Assembly (NCBI GenBank): GCA_950097015.1
Contig: CATNEN010000008.1
Span: 2,480,001-2,544,000, forward strand
Direction: 5' to 3'
DNA: 64,000 nt
Origin: Macrostomum hystrix
Lineage: Eukaryota > Animalia > Platyhelminthes
Shown: positions 1-12,694 of the stretch, one piece after another
Layout: every line of letters starts with the position of its first letter
How positions within the stretch are numbered: the first letter of the stretch is position 1
Notes under the pieces: model-generated
What the model was told of the DNA's origin: nothing
Databases searched by the model: none
Seen by the model: only the letters and a program-made list of their open reading frames with translations
Position numbers and translations under genes: made by a program

Positions 1-174
1 TTACCGGGAGCGCCAAACTCCAATGGTGCTTAAGTCTATCTCAAAATCGGGCCTCATCAACATTGCGCTGGGAATCAAGTAGCTTATTTGGCTGATCCCC
101 GCTGGTCAAGTGGGTGAAATAGTTTGTGCCAGAGTTTAACACTCCAGACTAAACAGTCTAGCATTAGGCTTGTC

Positions 175-231
175 CTTAATCCCTTACCCTAACCCTAACC
201 CTAACCCTAACCCTAACCCTACCCTAACCCC
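175..231 (+). repeat. Interstitial telomere-type (CCCTAA)n tract
   Basis: Five perfect CCCTAA units at 187-216 with degenerate units on both sides; intronic in the collagen gene. Confidence 0.85.
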
Positions 232-256
232 AACTGATCAAAGAGATCTCACTCAC

Positions 257-570
257 CTTGTCCTTGAGCAGGCTGACTGTTTGGCCCTGATGAAGATTTT
301 TTGCGCAAATGAAATGGAGAAGCGGCTTAGGGAATGATTGAGAGTCTGAGCAGTGATTGAGTATTTAGAATGGAAGCTCTGAGCACAAACGGAAGTGTGC
401 GCTCAGGCGCCACACTTGGTGCAGTCGCAAGCCTAGCATTAAGCGACGATCAATAATTAATTGCATTAACTCACCGGGTCACCCTTCTCGCCTTTGGGAC
501 CTGAAAGGTATGACCAGTGATGAGGCATTTAGATAGATAGATAGATATACAGATATATAGATAGATAGAG

Positions 571-624
<54 letters not shown>

Positions 625-630
625 TTAGAG

Positions 631-684
<54 letters not shown>

Positions 685-751
685 TTAGAGAGATAGATAG
701 ATAGAGAGATAGAGAGATAGATAGATAGATAGTTAGAGAGATAGATAGATG

Positions 752-794
<43 letters not shown>

Positions 795-2877
795 CCCAGT
801 AGAAGTCTCTGAAGGCCAACCATGTGGCAGGACATCAGAGATTTCACGAAAGCAGAAGTCAGGAAGGGAGCTGAACGGAAGCTGTCAGCGCTAAGGAGAG
901 GGACTCATTGAGTTTATTGAGCCTTCACCCTCCACTGGCCAACTGATTGAAGGCGATGCAAAAATTCCGTTAATTCCTTTCATAACTCACTCACGCTGTC
1001 GCGGTTTCCTTATGGGACAGGCAGGTGCTGGGGTGGGGGTCTGACTGGGTCTCAACCAGCTTTCTAAGTCGTCAGTCAAATCTCACCTGGCGGGCAGATT
1101 TGGGTTTGGCAACCTGCTGTAGCCGACTCACTGCTTCTCAATCGTCTGCTATGTATCGGTTCCTGCAGCTGCTGCTGCTTCTGCAAAAGTGGAAAGTTGC
1201 AACAAAATGGTGGATGCTATTGCGAAGCCAAGTTTCATCACGTTTCGCCGCATTCTCTCTCTCTCATTAAGTCCACAAGAAGATCGCTTGAATTATTCTG
1301 ACCCAGTAAGGAGAGCGCTAAATTAGTTTGCTACAATGCCGGCTGGCTGAGACCGTGGACCAGACAGATCGCGGCAGAGGGAGTTAAAGGCTTCTGAAGA
1401 TACTTTTGCTGATAGTTCTGTAGATTAGAGAGCATTCCCATAATCCTGAATTTATGGGTGTGCTTCTGCTGCTAGTTGAATGCTGGTTCTGCTGTATCAC
1501 TTTATAACAGCGTCACTCAGCTATAACTCGAATCTCTCTACTCTCCTTCTCCCATCCCACTCTCCTTCCTACTAATCCCACTCTCCTTCCTACTAATCCC
1601 ACTCTCCTTCCTACTAATCCCACTCTCCTTCCTACTAATCCCACTCTCCTTCCTACTAATCCCACTCTCCTTCCTACTAATCCCACTCTCCTTCCTACTA
1701 ATCCCACTCTCCTTCCTACTAATCCCACTCTCCTTCTCCCATCCCACTCTCCATCCTACTAATCCCACTCTCCATCCTACTAATCCCACTCTCCTTCTCC
1801 CATCCCACTCTCCATCCTACTAATCCCACTCTCCATCCTACTAATCCCACTCTCCTTCCTACTAATCCCACTCTCCTTTCTCCCACCTCACTCTCCTCCC
1901 ATGTAATCTCTCATTACTTCTTACTCATAGGCACTTCAGTTACCATCTAGCTCGTAATAAGAAAAACCTAACCTTTAAACCTAATAAGTAAATGACCTCC
2001 CTCCAGAAACAGACTGTAAATGACCTCCCTCCAGAAACAGGCTGTAAATGACCTCCCTCCAGAAACAGACTGTAAATGACCTCCCTCCAGAAACAGGCTG
2101 TAAATGACCTCCCTCCAGAAACAGGCTGTGAATGACCTCCCTCCAGAAACAGGCTGTGAATGACCTCCCTCCAGAAACAGGCTGTGAATGACCTCCCTCC
2201 AGAAACAGGCTGTGAATGACCTCCCTCCAGAAACAGGCTGTGAATGACCTCCCTCCAGAAACAGGCTGTAAATGGCCTCCCTCCAGAAACAGGCTGTAAA
2301 TGACCTCCCTCCAGAAACAGGCTGTGAATGACCTCCCTCCAGAAACAGGCTGTAAATGGCCTCTCTCCAGAAACAGGCTGTAAATGGCCTCCCTCCAGAA
2401 ACAGGCTGTGAATGACCTCCCTCCAGAAACAGGCTGTGAATGACCTCCCTCCAGAAACAGGCTGTAAATGACCTCCCTCCAGAAACAGGCTGTAAATGAC
2501 CTCCCTCCAGAAACAGGCTGTGAATGATCTCCCTCCAGAGACAGGCTGTGAATGACCTCCCTCCAGAGACAGGCTGTGAATGACCTCCCTTAAGAAACAG
2601 GCTGTGGGTGACCCCCTCTAATAATAGACTTTGGGTGACCCCCTCTAGAAAAGGACGAAAAAGCAAATATTTTCACCAGCAGATTCATTTCCAACTGTAG
2701 TCGAGTCAGGCGTTCATCGAACAGTTTGAAGTCCTGGTCGCAGCTCCATGAGCATTGCTGTGAGTTGATCTGGTACACAGCGAAGCCAGCATTCATCAGT
2801 GTCAGTGCGGCAAAACACACTGCTGCAACTGTGAATACCTTCCCGTTGGCCTTGGCCTTAACAATAGCCGTCTCCAT
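257..2877 (-). CDS. Type II transmembrane collagen (MACIT / collagen XIII-XXIII-XXV-like), 5' part; gene continues off the left edge
   Basis: Hand-spliced exons 2877-2677 (ATG; hydrophobic [22 protein letters not shown], then heptad-like [15 protein letters not shown]; donor gtgaaa), 1180-1087 ([31 protein letters not shown]; cag / gtgaga), 500-475 (GPKGEKGDP) and 286-257 ([10 protein letters not shown]). All are GT-AG with matching phases 0,1,0,0. The order TM - coiled coil - RxxR furin site - CxxxxCPPG - Gly-X-Y matches MACIT architecture. The start could alternatively be the ATG at 2970. Confidence 0.7.
530..793 (+). repeat. (GATA)n microsatellite
   Basis: Long GATA run with GAGA/GTTA variants; source of spurious ORF 479..847. 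Confidence 0.95.
1545..1876. repeat. 21-bp minisatellite (ccactctccttcctactaatc)
   Basis: Direct tandem copies; translate as 7-aa GLVGRRV repeats. Confidence 0.9.
1990..2605. repeat. 28-bp minisatellite (aatgacctccctccagaaacaggctgt[a/g])
   Basis: About 20 near-identical tandem units in a collagen-gene intron. Confidence 0.9.
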
Positions 2878-3055
2878 TAATGATGACAACAGTTTGACTG
2901 GACAGAAAACACACTCCGAATTCCTGTAAATCCATTCTAATAAAGCAGCTAAACGTTTCTGCGCAGACATTTTAGCGCTAAACCTTCATTGGCTCAAACT
3001 TTGCCCCAGCCAGTCAGAGCCGAGCAACACGAGACAGACCCTGCAACCCTTTATG

Positions 3056-5448
3056 TTGGGACAGACTATTAGACAGGGGATTAGGGTTGGGATAGGGATT
3101 AGACTATTAGACAGGGGATTAGGTTTGGGATAGGGATTAGACTATTAGACAGGGGATTAGGGTTGGGATAGGGATTAGACTATTAGACAGGGGATTAGGT
3201 TTGGGATAGGGATTAGACTATTAGACAGGGGATTAGGGTTGGGACAGTCTATTAGACAGCGGATTAGGGTTGGGACAGACTATTAGACAGCGGATTAGGG
3301 TTGGGACAGACAATTAGACAGCGGATTAGGGTTGGGACAGACAATTAGACAGGGCATTAGGGTTGGGACAGACAATTAGACAGGGCATTAGGGTTGGGAC
3401 AGACAATTAGACAGGGTATTATGGTTAGGACAGACTATTAGACAGCGGATTAGAGTTGGGACAGACAATTAGACAGGGGATTATGGTTGGGAGAGACTAT
3501 TAGACAGGGGATTATGGTTAGGACAGACTATTAGATAGGGGACTAGGGTTGGGACAGACAATTAGACAGCGGATTAGGGTTGGGACAGACTATTAGATAG
3601 GGGACTAGGGTTGGGACAGACAATTAGACAGGGGATTATGGTTAGGACAGACTATTAGACAGCGGATTAGAGTTGGGACAGACAATTAGACAGGGGATTA
3701 TGGTTAGGACAAACTATTAGACAGCGGATTAGAGTTGGGACAGACAATTAGACAGGGGATTATGGTTGGGAGAGACTATTAGACAGGGGATTATGGTTAG
3801 GACAGACTATTAGATAGGGGACTAGGGTTGGGACAGACAATTAGACAGCGGATTAGGGTTGGGACAGACAATTAGACAGGGGATTATGGTTAGGACAGAC
3901 TATTAGACAGGGGATTATGGTTAGGACAGACTATTAGACAGGGGATTAGAGTTGGGACAGACAATTAGACAGGGCATTATGGTTGGGAGAGACTATTAGA
4001 CAGGGGATTATGGTTAGGACAGACTATTAGATAGGGGACTAGGGTTGTGACAGACAATTAGACAGCGGATTAGGGTTGGGACAGACAATTAGACAGGGCA
4101 TTAGGGTTGGGACAGACAATTAGACAGGGGATTATGGTTAGGACAGACTATTAGACAGGGGATTAGAGTTGGGACAGACAATTAGACAGGGGATTATGGT
4201 TAGGAGAGACTATTAGACAGGGGATTATGGTTAGGACAGACTATTAGATAGGGGACTAGGGTTGGGACAGACAATTAGACAGCGGATTAGGGTTGGGACA
4301 GACAATTAGACAGGGCATTAGGGTTGGGACAGACAATTAGACAGGGCATTAGGGTTGGGACAGACAATTAGACAGGGGATTATGGTTAGGACAGACTATT
4401 AGACAGGGGATTAGAGTTGGGACAGACAATTAGACAGGGGATTATGGTTAGGAGAGACTATTAGACAGGGGATTATGGTTAGGACAGACTATTAGATAGG
4501 GGACTAGGGTTGGGACAGACAATTAGACAGCGGATTAGGGTTGGGACAGACAATTAGACAGGGGATTATGGTTAGGACAGACTATTAGACAGGGCATTAG
4601 AGTTGGGACAGACAATTAGACAGGAGATTATGGTTAGGACAGACTATTAGACAGGGGATTAGAGTTGGGACAGACAATTAGACAGGGGATTATGGTTAGG
4701 AGAGACTATTAGACAGGGGATTATGGTTAGGACAGACTATTAGATAGGGGACTAGGGTTGTGACAGACAATCTAATATACTAAAAATGAAAATCTTGCTT
4801 GTCTATATAACTAAAGATGAAAACTATCTATATATATATATGTATGCGCGATCGATTTTCTCAAAAACGGCTTAACCGATTTTCACTATTTTTCACCAAA
4901 AGATGCCAATTATGGGGACAATTATACACGTATTTTTATTAAGCTTAAATTTATTGCTAAAGGGATTAAATATTCGAAAAACTGTTTTAGATAGGATTTT
5001 TAATGCATTCAATCAGAGCCAGTTTTGTCAACGTGCACACCACTGCCAATTTTAATGATTGCATCAGGGCCAGTTTTGTTAAAAGTGAGTACACTGATAA
5101 GAATTTCACTGTGTCAACCCCACTGGCGAGACAGTCAGTGCGAATTTATTTATAAATAGATTGCATCACATTAGATAGGGGACTAGGGTTGTGACAGACA
5201 ATTAGACAGCGGATTAGGGTTGGGACAGACAATTAGACAGGGGATTATGGTTAGGACAGACTATTAGACAGGGGATTAGAGTTGGGACAGACAATTAGAC
5301 AGGGGATTATGGTTGGGAGAGACTATTAGACAGCGGATTATGGTTAGGACAGACTATTAGATAGGGGACTAGGGTTGTGACAGACAATTAGACAGCGGAT
5401 TAGGGTTGGGACAGACAATTAGACAGGGGACTAGGGTTGGGACGGACT
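3056..5448. repeat. 31-bp G-rich satellite with TTAGGG-like core (gacagac[t/a]attagacag[g/c]ggattagggttgg)
   Basis: Tandem 31-bp units, with a 38-bp variant in the first copies. Interrupted at 4771-5170 by a Helitron fragment; the tail is repeated at 8328-8605. Confidence 0.9.
4771..5170 (+). mobile_element. Helitron 5' fragment with two stacked 5' termini
   Basis: A|TCTAATATACTAAAAATGAAAATC at 4771 (family-A head) is followed at 4802 by TCTATATAACTAAAGATGAAAACTATC (family-B head). The body matches the reverse complement of about 22280-22643 and 28125-28494. No 3' hairpin or CTAG. Confidence 0.8.
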
Positions 5449-6159
5449 GTCTTCCAAAGTTGCGTGAGGCATAGTTATAAAGAAACTTGAAGCTCAAGTT
5501 GAGCTCAAGTAGGTTGTTGAGCTCAACTTGAATTATTTCAGAGAAGCAAGAAAAGACCCTAGTAACTATACGTGCTTGATTTTACATTCCTAATTCGGTA
5601 GCCACGCACTGCATCCACTACTAAGTAAAAGTAGGAAGTAAAGCAGTGCCAATTTATAAGAAAACAGCGGCAGCTATTGCTCGAGGCTTCAAAAGACTGC
5701 GTCTAGTCTGTCCATGGACTGGAGATGCATGCTGCTGCTGTCCTAGCTGATGCTAGTAACGCACTTTTAACTCGATGACAAATTGTTCGAATTGGTCAAA
5801 GCTCCGAATCGCTAACCACTTCATGGCCATGCAACCGCTTTGGTTGTAGAACTTCGAGAACAATGAGGCATTTACTTTTTAGGATGATAATTATAATTAC
5901 TATGGACTGCACTAGGAGGTACTACCTTGTTGGATTGTGTGGCTTGAGCAGTCAGTGCTCAACTGGTAGCTAATCTAGCTAATCTTTTCTCTAAGGTTCT
6001 AATTTGGGCAGCTTCGTCAGTGGCAAATATTAGCCGAATTGCGCACTTTCATTCAATATTTATGGATGACGTACAACAGAATCTGGCACCACACAATGGC
6101 TTTCTCAGTGGAGTCCACTGTATCACAACTAGAATAGATAGTTTTGTCTGAGTTTGCAG

Positions 6160-7953
6160 ATATCGATCATCACATCGGCATCATGAGGGAAGCACAAGTC
6201 GAATGCTGTCCAGGACGCAACGGCCGTTGTAAACGTTGCCGGCAAGTTCGATGCAGTTCTTCTGAACCGAGACTTATAGAATTCAAAACGACTACTACTC
6301 CTACTACTACTACTACTACTCCTACTACTACTCCTACTCCTACTACTATTACTACTCCTACTACTCCTACTACTCCTACTACTCCTACTACTGCTCCTAC
6401 TACTGCTACTACTCCTACTGCTACTACTCCTACTACTACTACTCCTACTCCTACTACTACTCCTACTCCTACTACTAATGCTACTACTCCTACTGCAACT
6501 ACTCCTACTACTACTACTACTACTACTACTACCACTCCTACTACTACTACTACTACTCCTACTACTACTCCTACTCCTACTACTATTACTACTCCTACTA
6601 CTCCTACTACTCCTACTACTCCTACTACTGCTCCTACTACTGCTACTACTCCTACTGCTACTACTCCTACTACTACTACTCCTACTCCTACTACTACTCC
6701 TACTCCTACTACTAATGCTACTACTCCTACTGCAACTACTCCTACTACTACTACTACTACTACTACTACCACTCCTACTACTACTCCTACTACTACTACT
6801 ACTACTACTCCTACTACAGCTACTACTGCTCCTACTACTGCTACTACTCCTACTGCAACTACTCCTACTACTACTACTACTACTACTACCACTCCTACTA
6901 CTACTCCTACTACTACTACTTCTACTACTCCTACTACAGCTACTACTCCTACTACTACTACTACTGCTCCTACTACTGCTACTACTCCTACTGCTACTAC
7001 TCCTACCACTACTACTCCTACTCCTACTACTACTCCTACTCCTACTACTAATGCTACTACTCCTACTGCAACTACTCCTACTACTACTACTACTACTACT
7101 ACTACTCCTACTACAGCTACTACTCCTACTACAGCTACTACTGCTCCTACTACTGCTACTACTCCTACTGCAACTACTCCTACTACTACTACTACTACTA
7201 CTACCACTCCTACTACTACTCCTAATACTACTACTACTACTACTCCTACTACAGCTACTACTGCTACTACTACTACTACTGCTCCTACTACTGCTACTAC
7301 TCCTACTGCTACTACTCCTATTACTACTACTACTGCTCCTACTACTGCTACTACTCCTACTGCAACTACTCCTACTACTACTACTACTACTACTACTACT
7401 CCTACTACAGCTACTACTACTACTACTACTACTACTCCTACTACAGCTACTACTCCTACTACTACTACTACTGCTCCTACTACTGCTACTACTCCTACTG
7501 CTACTACTCCTACTACTACTACTACTGCTCTTACTACTGCTACGACTCCTACTGCTACTACTCCTACTACTACTACTACTCCTACTACTGCTGCTACTCC
7601 TACTGCTACTACTCCTACTACTACTACTACTACTACCACTCCTACTACTACTCCTACTACTACTACTACTACTACTCCTACTACAGCTACTACTGCTCCT
7701 ACTACTGCTACTACTCCTACTGCTACTACTCCTATTACTACTACTACTGCTCCTACTACTGCTACTACTCCTACTGCAACTACTCCTACTACTACTACTA
7801 CTACTACTACCACTCCTACTACTACTCCTACTACTACTACTACTACTACTCCTACTACAGCTACTACTGCTCTTACTACTGCTACTACTCCTACTGCTAC
7901 TACTCCTACTACTACTACTACTCCTACTACTGCTGCTACTCCTACTGCTACTA
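6160..7953 (+). pseudogene. Cys-rich leader + Thr/Pro/Ala mucin-like exon, copy 1 (truncated)
   Basis: Acceptor tttgcag at 6153-6159, then DIDHHIGIMREAQVECCPGRNGRCKRCRQVRC... running in frame into ACT/CCT/GCT codons from 6291. Cut by the duplication junction. Could instead be a non-coding (CTA)n array next to a chance ORF. Confidence 0.45.
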
Positions 7954-7959
7954 TAACTG

Positions 7960-8327
7960 CTATATAACTAAAGATGAAAACTATCTATATATATATATGT
8001 ATGCGCGATCGATTTTCTCAAAAACGGCTTAACCGATTTTCACTATTTTTCACCAAAAGATGCCAATTATGGGGACAATTATACACGTATTTTTATTAAG
8101 CTTAAATTTATTGCTAAAGGGATTAAATATTCGAAAAACTGTTTTAGATAGGATTTTTAATGCATTCAATCAGAGCCAGTTTTGTCAACGTGCACACCAC
8201 TGCCAATTTTAATGATTGCATCAGGGCCAGTTTTGTTAAAAGTGAGTACACTGATAAGAATTTCACTGTGTCAACCCCACTGGCGAGACAGTCAGTGCGA
8301 ATTTATTTATAAATAGATTGCATCACA
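7960..8327 (+). mobile_element. Duplicated Helitron family-B 5' fragment
   Basis: Matches 4803-5170 but lacks the terminal T of TC. Confidence 0.8.
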
Positions 8328-9316
8328 TTAGATAGGGGACTAGGGTTGTGACAGACAATTAGACAGCGGATTAGGGTTGGGACAGACAATTAGACAGGGG
8401 ATTATGGTTAGGACAGACTATTAGACAGGGGATTAGAGTTGGGACAGACAATTAGACAGGGGATTATGGTTGGGAGAGACTATTAGACAGCGGATTATGG
8501 TTAGGACAGACTATTAGATAGGGGACTAGGGTTGTGACAGACAATTAGACAGCGGATTAGGGTTGGGACAGACAATTAGACAGGGGACTAGGGTTGGGAC
8601 GGACTGTCTTCCAAAGTTGCGTGAGGCATAGTTATAAAGAAACTTGAAGCTCAAGTTGAGCTCAAGTAGGTTGTTGAGCTCAACTTGAATTATTTCAGAG
8701 AAGCAAGAAAAGACCCTAGTAACTATACGTGCTTGATTTTACATTCCTAATTCGGTAGCCACGCACTGCATCCACTACTAAGTAAAAGTAGGAAGTAAAG
8801 CAGTGCCAATTTATAAGAAAACAGCGGCAGCTATTGCTCGAGGCTTCAAAAGACTGCGTCTAGTCTGTCCATGGACTGGAGATGCATGCTGCTGCTGTCC
8901 TAGCTGATGCTAGTAACGCACTTTTAACTCGATGACAAATTGTTCGAATTGGTCAAAGCTCCGAATCGCTAACCACTTCATGGCCATGCAACCGCTTTGG
9001 TTGTAGAACTTCGAGAACAATGAGGCATTTACTTTTTAGGATGATAATTATAATTACTATGGACTGCACTAGGAGGTACTACCCTGTTGGATTGTGTGGC
9101 TTGAGCAGTCAGTGCTCAACTGGTAGCTAATCTAGCTAATCTTTTCTCTAAGGTTCTAATTTGGGCAGCTTCGTCAGTGGCAAATATTAGCCGAATTGCG
9201 CACTTTCATTCAATATTTATGGATGACGTACAACAGAATCTGGCACCACACAATGGCTTTCTCAGTGGAGTCCACTGTATCACAACTAGAATAGATAGTT
9301 TTGTCTGAGTTTGCAG

Positions 9317-12300
9317 ATATCGATCATCACATCGGCATCATGAGGGAAGCACAAGTCGAATGCTGTCCAGGACGCAACGGCCGTTGTAAACGTTGCCGGC
9401 AAGTTCGATGCAGTTCTTCTGAACCGAGACTTATAGAATTCAAAACGACTACTACTCCTACTACTACTACTACTACTCCTACTACTACTCCTACTCCTAC
9501 TACTATTACTACTCCTACTACTCCTACTACTCCTACTACTCCTACTACTGCTCCTACTACTGCTACTACTACTCCTACTACTACTCCTACTCCTACTACT
9601 ATTACTACTCCTACTACTCCTACTACTCCTACTACTCCTACTACTGCTCCTACTACTGCTACTACTCCTACTGCTACTACTCCTACTACTACTACTCCTA
9701 CTCCTACTACTACTCCTACTCCTACTACTAATGCTACTACTCCTACTGCAACTACTCCTACTACTACTACTACTACTACTACTACCACTCCTACTACTAC
9801 TACTACTACTCCTACTACTACTCCTACTCCTACTACTATTACTACTCCTACTACTCCTACTACTCCTACTACTCCTACTACTGCTCCTACTACTGCTACT
9901 ACTCCTACTGCTACTACTCCTACTACTACTACTCCTACTCCTACTACTACTCCTACTCCTACTACTAATGCTACTACTCCTACTGCAACTACTCCTACTA
10001 CTACTACTACTACTACTACTACCACTCCTACTACTACTCCTACTACTACTACTACTACTACTCCTACTACAGCTACTACTGCTCCTACTACTGCTACTAC
10101 TCCTACTGCAACTACTCCTACTACTACTACTACTACTACTACCACTCCTACTACTACTCCTACTACTACTACTTCTACTACTCCTACTACAGCTACTACT
10201 CCTACTACTACTACTACTGCTCCTACTACTGCTACTACTCCTACTGCTACTACTCCTACTACTACTACTCCTACTCCTACTACTACTCCTACTCCTACTA
10301 CTAATGCTACTACTCCTACTGCAACTACTCCTACTACTACTACTACTACTACTACTACTCCTACTACAGCTACTACTCCTACTACAGCTACTACTGCTCC
10401 TACTACTGCTACTACTCCTACTGCAACTACTCCTACTACTACTACTACTACTACTACCACTCCTACTACTACTCCTAATACTACTACTACTACTACTCCT
10501 ACTACAGCTACTACTGCTACTACTACTACTACTGCTCCTACTACTGCTACTACTCCTACTGCTACTACTCCTATTACTACTACTACTGCTCCTACTACTG
10601 CTACTACTCCTACTGCAACTACTCCTACTACTACTACTACTACTACTACTACTCCTACTACAGCTACTACTACTACTACTACTACTACTCCTACTACAGC
10701 TACTACTCCTACTACTACTACTACTGCTCCTACTACTGCTACTACTCCTACTGCTACTACTCCTACTACTACTACTACTGCTCTTACTACTGCTACGACT
10801 CCTACTGCTACTACTCCTACTACTACTACTACTCCTACTACTGCTGCTACTCCTACTGCTACTACTCCTACTACTACTACTACTACTACCACTCCTACTA
10901 CTACTCCTACTACTACTACTACTACTACTCCTACTACAGCTACTACTGCTCCTACTACTGCTACTACTCCTACTGCTACTACTCCTATTACTACTACTAC
11001 TGCTCCTACTACTGCTACTACTCCTACTGCAACTACTCCTACTACTACTACTACTACTACTACCACTCCTACTACTACTCCTACTACTACTACTACTACT
11101 ACTCCTACTACAGCTACTACTGCTCTTACTACTGCTACTACTCCTACTGCTACTACTCCTACTACTACTACTACTCCTACTACTGCTGCTACTCCTACTG
11201 CTACTACTCCTACTACTACTACTACTACTACTACCACTCCTACTACTACTCCTACTACTACTACTACTACTACTCCAACTACAGCTACTACTCCTACTAC
11301 TGCTACTACTCCTACTGCAACTACTCCTACTACTACTACTACTACTACTCCTACTACAGCTACTACTCCTACTACTACTACTACTGCTCCTACTACTGCT
11401 ACTACTCCTACTGCTACTACTCCTACTACTACTACTACTGCTCCTACTACTGCTACTACTCCTACTGCAACTACTCCTACTACTACTACTACTACTACTA
11501 CTACTCCTACTACAGCTACTACTCCTACTACTACTACTGCTCCTACTACTGCTACTACTCCTACTGCAACTACTCCTACTACTACTACTACTACTACTAC
11601 CACTCCTACTACTACTCCTACTACAACTACTACTACTACTCCTACTACAGCTACTACTGCTCCTACTACTGCTACTACTCCTACTGCAACTACTCCTACT
11701 ACTACTACTACTACTACTACCACTCCTACTACTACTCCTAATACTACTACTACTACTCCTACTACAGCTACTACTGCTACTACTACTACTACTGCTCCTA
11801 CTACTGCTACTACTCCTACTGCTACTACTCCTATTACTACTACTACTGCTCCTACTACTGCTACTACTCCTACTGCAACTACTCCTACTACTACTACTAC
11901 TACTACTACTACTCCTACTACAGCTACTACTACTACTACTACTACTCCTACTACAGCTACTACTCCTACTACTACTACTACTGCTCCTACTACTGCTACT
12001 ACTCCTACTGCTACTACTCCTACTACTACTACTACTGCTACTACTACTACTGCTCCTACTACTGCTACTACTCCTACTGCTACTACTACTACTACTGCTC
12101 TTACTACTGCTACTACTCCTACTGCTACTACTCCTACTACTACTACTACTCCTACTACTGCTGCTACTCCTACTGCTACTACTCCTACTACTACTACTCC
12201 TATTACTACTACTACTGCTCTTACTACTGCTACTACTCCTACTGCTACTACTACTCCTACTACTATTACTACTCTGCTACTACTCCTCCTACTACTACTA

Positions 12301-12401
12301 CTGCTCCTACTACTACTACTACTACTACTCCTACTACTGCTACTACTCCTACTCCTACTACTACTCCTACTCCTACTACTAATGCTACTACTCCTACTAC
12401 T
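9317..12401 (+). pseudogene. Mucin-like exon, copy 2, interrupted by Penelope insertion
   Basis: Same leader as copy 1 and about 3 kb of Thr-rich repeat. One-base frameshift near 12273 (attactactctgct); ends at the Penelope boundary 12402. Confidence 0.45.
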
Positions 12402-12439
12402 AGGAAAAGAAATGAAATTGCCAACATAAGTTTAAAGTG

Positions 12440-12474
12440 CCGAAGCTTTTCGTCCTAAGCGGACATCGTCAGGG
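12440..12474 (-). ncRNA. Hammerhead motif, inverted copy
   Basis: Reverse complement of 17142-17176. Confidence 0.7.
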
Positions 12475-12694
12475 TCGATTTATTGAAAACGAAAACACTG
12501 GTATTTAAAAGTAGGTTGTTGCACATTGTGAGTTAAAGTCCGATGGACAGGGTCGATTTATTGAGAAACGAAAACGTAGGTGTTTAAAAGGTTATTGTAC
12601 ATTGTGAGATAAAGTCCGATGGGCAGGTCAAAAGGCGAACCAGAGGTTGGAGAGGAGCGCACACACAACTCAGAGAGAGAGCGTGCCTCATACA

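Larger units (their letters stand above)
4803..11206 (+). repeat. Tandem segmental duplication, offset 3157 bp (4803-7953 / 7960-11206)
   Basis: Unique sequence 5449-6290 is repeated at 8606-9447, and ORFs 6144 and 9301 share the same N-terminus. Copy 2 has an extra ~96 bp inside the Thr repeat. Junction filler TAACTG at 7954-7959. Confidence 0.9.

Noticed and set aside
6170-12382. Poly-Val (minus) and poly-Leu (plus) giant ORFs
   Set aside because: Alternate frames of the ACT/CCT/GCT trinucleotide repeat; no independent coding signal.
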